Positions 52,267 to 53,432 of a DNA stretch of 53,432 nucleotides are shown here, piece after piece. Origin of the DNA: a virus (Duplodnaviria; Caudoviricetes); IMG/VR virus record IMGVR_UViG_3300002988_000051, positions 1 through 53,432 of that record, one strand, 5' to 3'. The stretch's first letter is position 1, and every line of letters starts with the position of its first letter. The notes beneath the pieces were generated by a model. The model worked only from the letters and a program-made list of their open reading frames with translations, ran no database searches and was not told where the DNA came from. Position numbers and translations under genes: made by a program.

Positions 52267-52300
52267 GGCTTCGGGGCAACCCGGAGCCTTTTCGTTTTTT
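52267..52300 (+). terminator. Late operon terminator
   Basis: GGCTTCGGG-GCAA-CCCGGAGCC-TTTTCGTTTTTT. Confidence 0.8.
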
Positions 52301-52320
52301 GGGCAACGTGGAAGCAACTC

Positions 52321-52866
52321 TTACAAGTTGCGCGCCGCGGCGTCGCGCGCGAGCGACAGTGCGGCCAACACATCCTTCGCGATCCCGACGACGCCCGTGA
52401 AAACGCACCATGCGTCCGGTCGAATGGGATACGGCGGCGCCGCTACCAATTGGACCGGCGGCACCATGTCCGCCAATCGCATCAAACTGACGCGATCGTC
52501 GGTCAGCGCCAATATGGGGACGCCGACCCGCGCGAGAGCCGCCGCCCTTTCCGTTTGCGGGTCGAGCGTCGTTTGCTCCACCCGTCGCGCCCCCGTTTTG
52601 GCATTCGCGACAAGAGCGGCTTGATGCGGAGCGTCGATTCCTCGGTGAATCTTTGACAGCGCTTCAACGGCGCCAGAAAACTCGTCAAAATCGACGCGGG
52701 CGGATTTCAACAGCACGTCGAGACGCGACACCGCTTCGGCCATGAGCGGCACTTCCGGCGGAGCGGTCGCAGACCAATCGACCCCGGAGTCCCATAGATC
52801 GCGAAGCGCCATCAATAGTTCTTGTCGATATTCACCGGCGATTTGCAACGCTTCAGTCTCATTCAT
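52321..52866 (-). CDS. 181-aa hypothetical protein (terminal moron)
   Basis: Protein-like helical ORF from MNETEALQIA; start uncertain. Confidence 0.6.
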   Translation of the reverse strand: MNETEALQIAGEYRQELLMALRDLWDSGVDWSATAPPEVPLMAEAVSRLDVLLKSARVDFDEFSGAVEALSKIHRGIDAPHQAALVANAKTGARRVEQTTLDPQTERAAALARVGVPILALTDDRVSLMRLADMVPPVQLVAAPPYPIRPDAWCVFTGVVGIAKDVLAALSLARDAAARNL

Positions 52867-52943
52867 ATCGCACCGTTGGTTGTGACGTTCGCGAACCATC
52901 AAACGATCCTTGACAGTTTGCGCTTTTTGCAAAGAACGCGTGT

Positions 52944-53384
52944 TCATCCGCACCACGACCCCCGCTTCCCTCCGCCGTAGGGGCGCACCAACTTCTCACG
53001 AATCAAAATCGCGGCGACATCGGACCCGTCCGTCGCTGTGACCTTCGCATCGACGCGTCCGGCGTATTTGTCCTGTCCGATCGCTGTGAGGGTGACGGTC
53101 GTCCCGACTAACTCCTTCAGCCGCGCTTTCGCCGCGAGCGCTCCGGCCTTCTCAGCCGGGCAACGAGCGTGAAGCTCGGGCGCGTCGATCCCGCGAATTC
53201 GGACGCGCGTCCGGGTGTCTTGTCCGATCCACACCTTCACCGACACATCGAGCGTGTCACCGTCGATCACCTTGACGACGGATGCCGCGACGGGGCCGGG
53301 AATCGTCTCCGCACCCATGGCGGGGGAGGAGAAGGCGATGACGGAGGCAAGAAGGAGTTTCCCGCCAGTTTCCCGCCAAATCAT
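52944..53384 (-). CDS. Secreted thermonuclease (SNase-like)
   Basis: VVKVIDGDTL, VRIRGIDAPE, DKYAGR; signal peptide; start re-assigned downstream of the tRNA end. Confidence 0.9.
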   Translation of the reverse strand: MIWRETGGKLLLASVIAFSSPAMGAETIPGPVAASVVKVIDGDTLDVSVKVWIGQDTRTRVRIRGIDAPELHARCPAEKAGALAAKARLKELVGTTVTLTAIGQDKYAGRVDAKVTATDGSDVAAILIREKLVRPYGGGKRGSWCG

Positions 53385-53404
53385 CGTTACGATCTCGAAA
53401 AGAG

Positions 53405-53432
53405 TGGTGCGCCCGACGGGATTCGAACCCAT
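53405..53432 (-). tRNA. 3' end of a tRNA (probably Arg), truncated by the window edge; probable att core
   Basis: ATGGG-TTCGAAT-CCCGT T-arm, CGGGCGC acceptor strand, A-CCA. The anticodon lies outside the window, so identity is inferred from the acceptor stem only. Confidence 0.8.

Larger units (their letters stand above)
1..53432. mobile_element. Temperate prophage with lambdoid control region and T7/BPP-1-like podovirus virion module
   Basis: Integrase at the left end and tRNA 3' end at the right end. Between them, in order: repressor/cro switch, replication, terminase, portal, scaffold, capsid, tail tube A/B, ejection proteins, tailspike, lysis. Confidence 0.96.

Noticed and set aside
52934-52945. 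GAAC-N4-GTTC as an SOS box
   Set aside because: This is the Gram-positive LexA motif, not the alphaproteobacterial direct repeat; a single short palindrome can arise by chance.
53385-53432. N-terminal extension MGSNPVGRTT of the thermonuclease ORF
   Set aside because: It is the translated tRNA T-arm (GGTTCGAATCC); the true start is probably ATG 53384.

Overview
The window is an essentially complete ~53 kb temperate prophage of a high-GC alphaproteobacterium. Rhodospirillales is the likely host group, inferred from the PraR/PhrR-type XRE protein and a GTTC-N7-GTTC LexA box. It runs from a tyrosine integrase (left end) to the 3' end of a tRNA, probably Arg (right end, att site). The early-left operon (minus strand) carries xis, a DpdA-like 7-deazaguanine transglycosylase next to a VUT/YhhQ transporter, a Rad50-like ATPase, RecT, a PD-(D/E)XK nuclease, a DEDDh exonuclease, a host-like XRE regulator and a ~510-nt structured non-coding segment. 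The lambdoid immunity region has matching PL/PR promoters, five TCTCG-N6-CGAGA-type operators and a cargo island including BrnT/BrnA. The early-right operon carries cro, a GapR-like protein, RusA, an SF2 helicase, an initiator with iterons, a mini-NrdD and a Q-position gene. The late region is a T7/BPP-1-like podovirus module with a 2559-aa polyvalent ejection protein, three tail fibre/spike genes and lysis genes. The most notable candidates are: (1) an unannotated 57-aa ORF behind a LexA box that resembles the C-terminal domain of the short, peptidase-less repressor, a possible SinI-like mimic antirepressor; (2) a two-gene salvage-type deazaguanine DNA modification module; (3) the large structured RNA candidate; (4) a stand-alone class III RNR glycyl-radical domain; and (5) four antisense genes nested under an unbroken chain of coupled sense ORFs. 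All family calls come from motif recognition by eye; no database searches were run.
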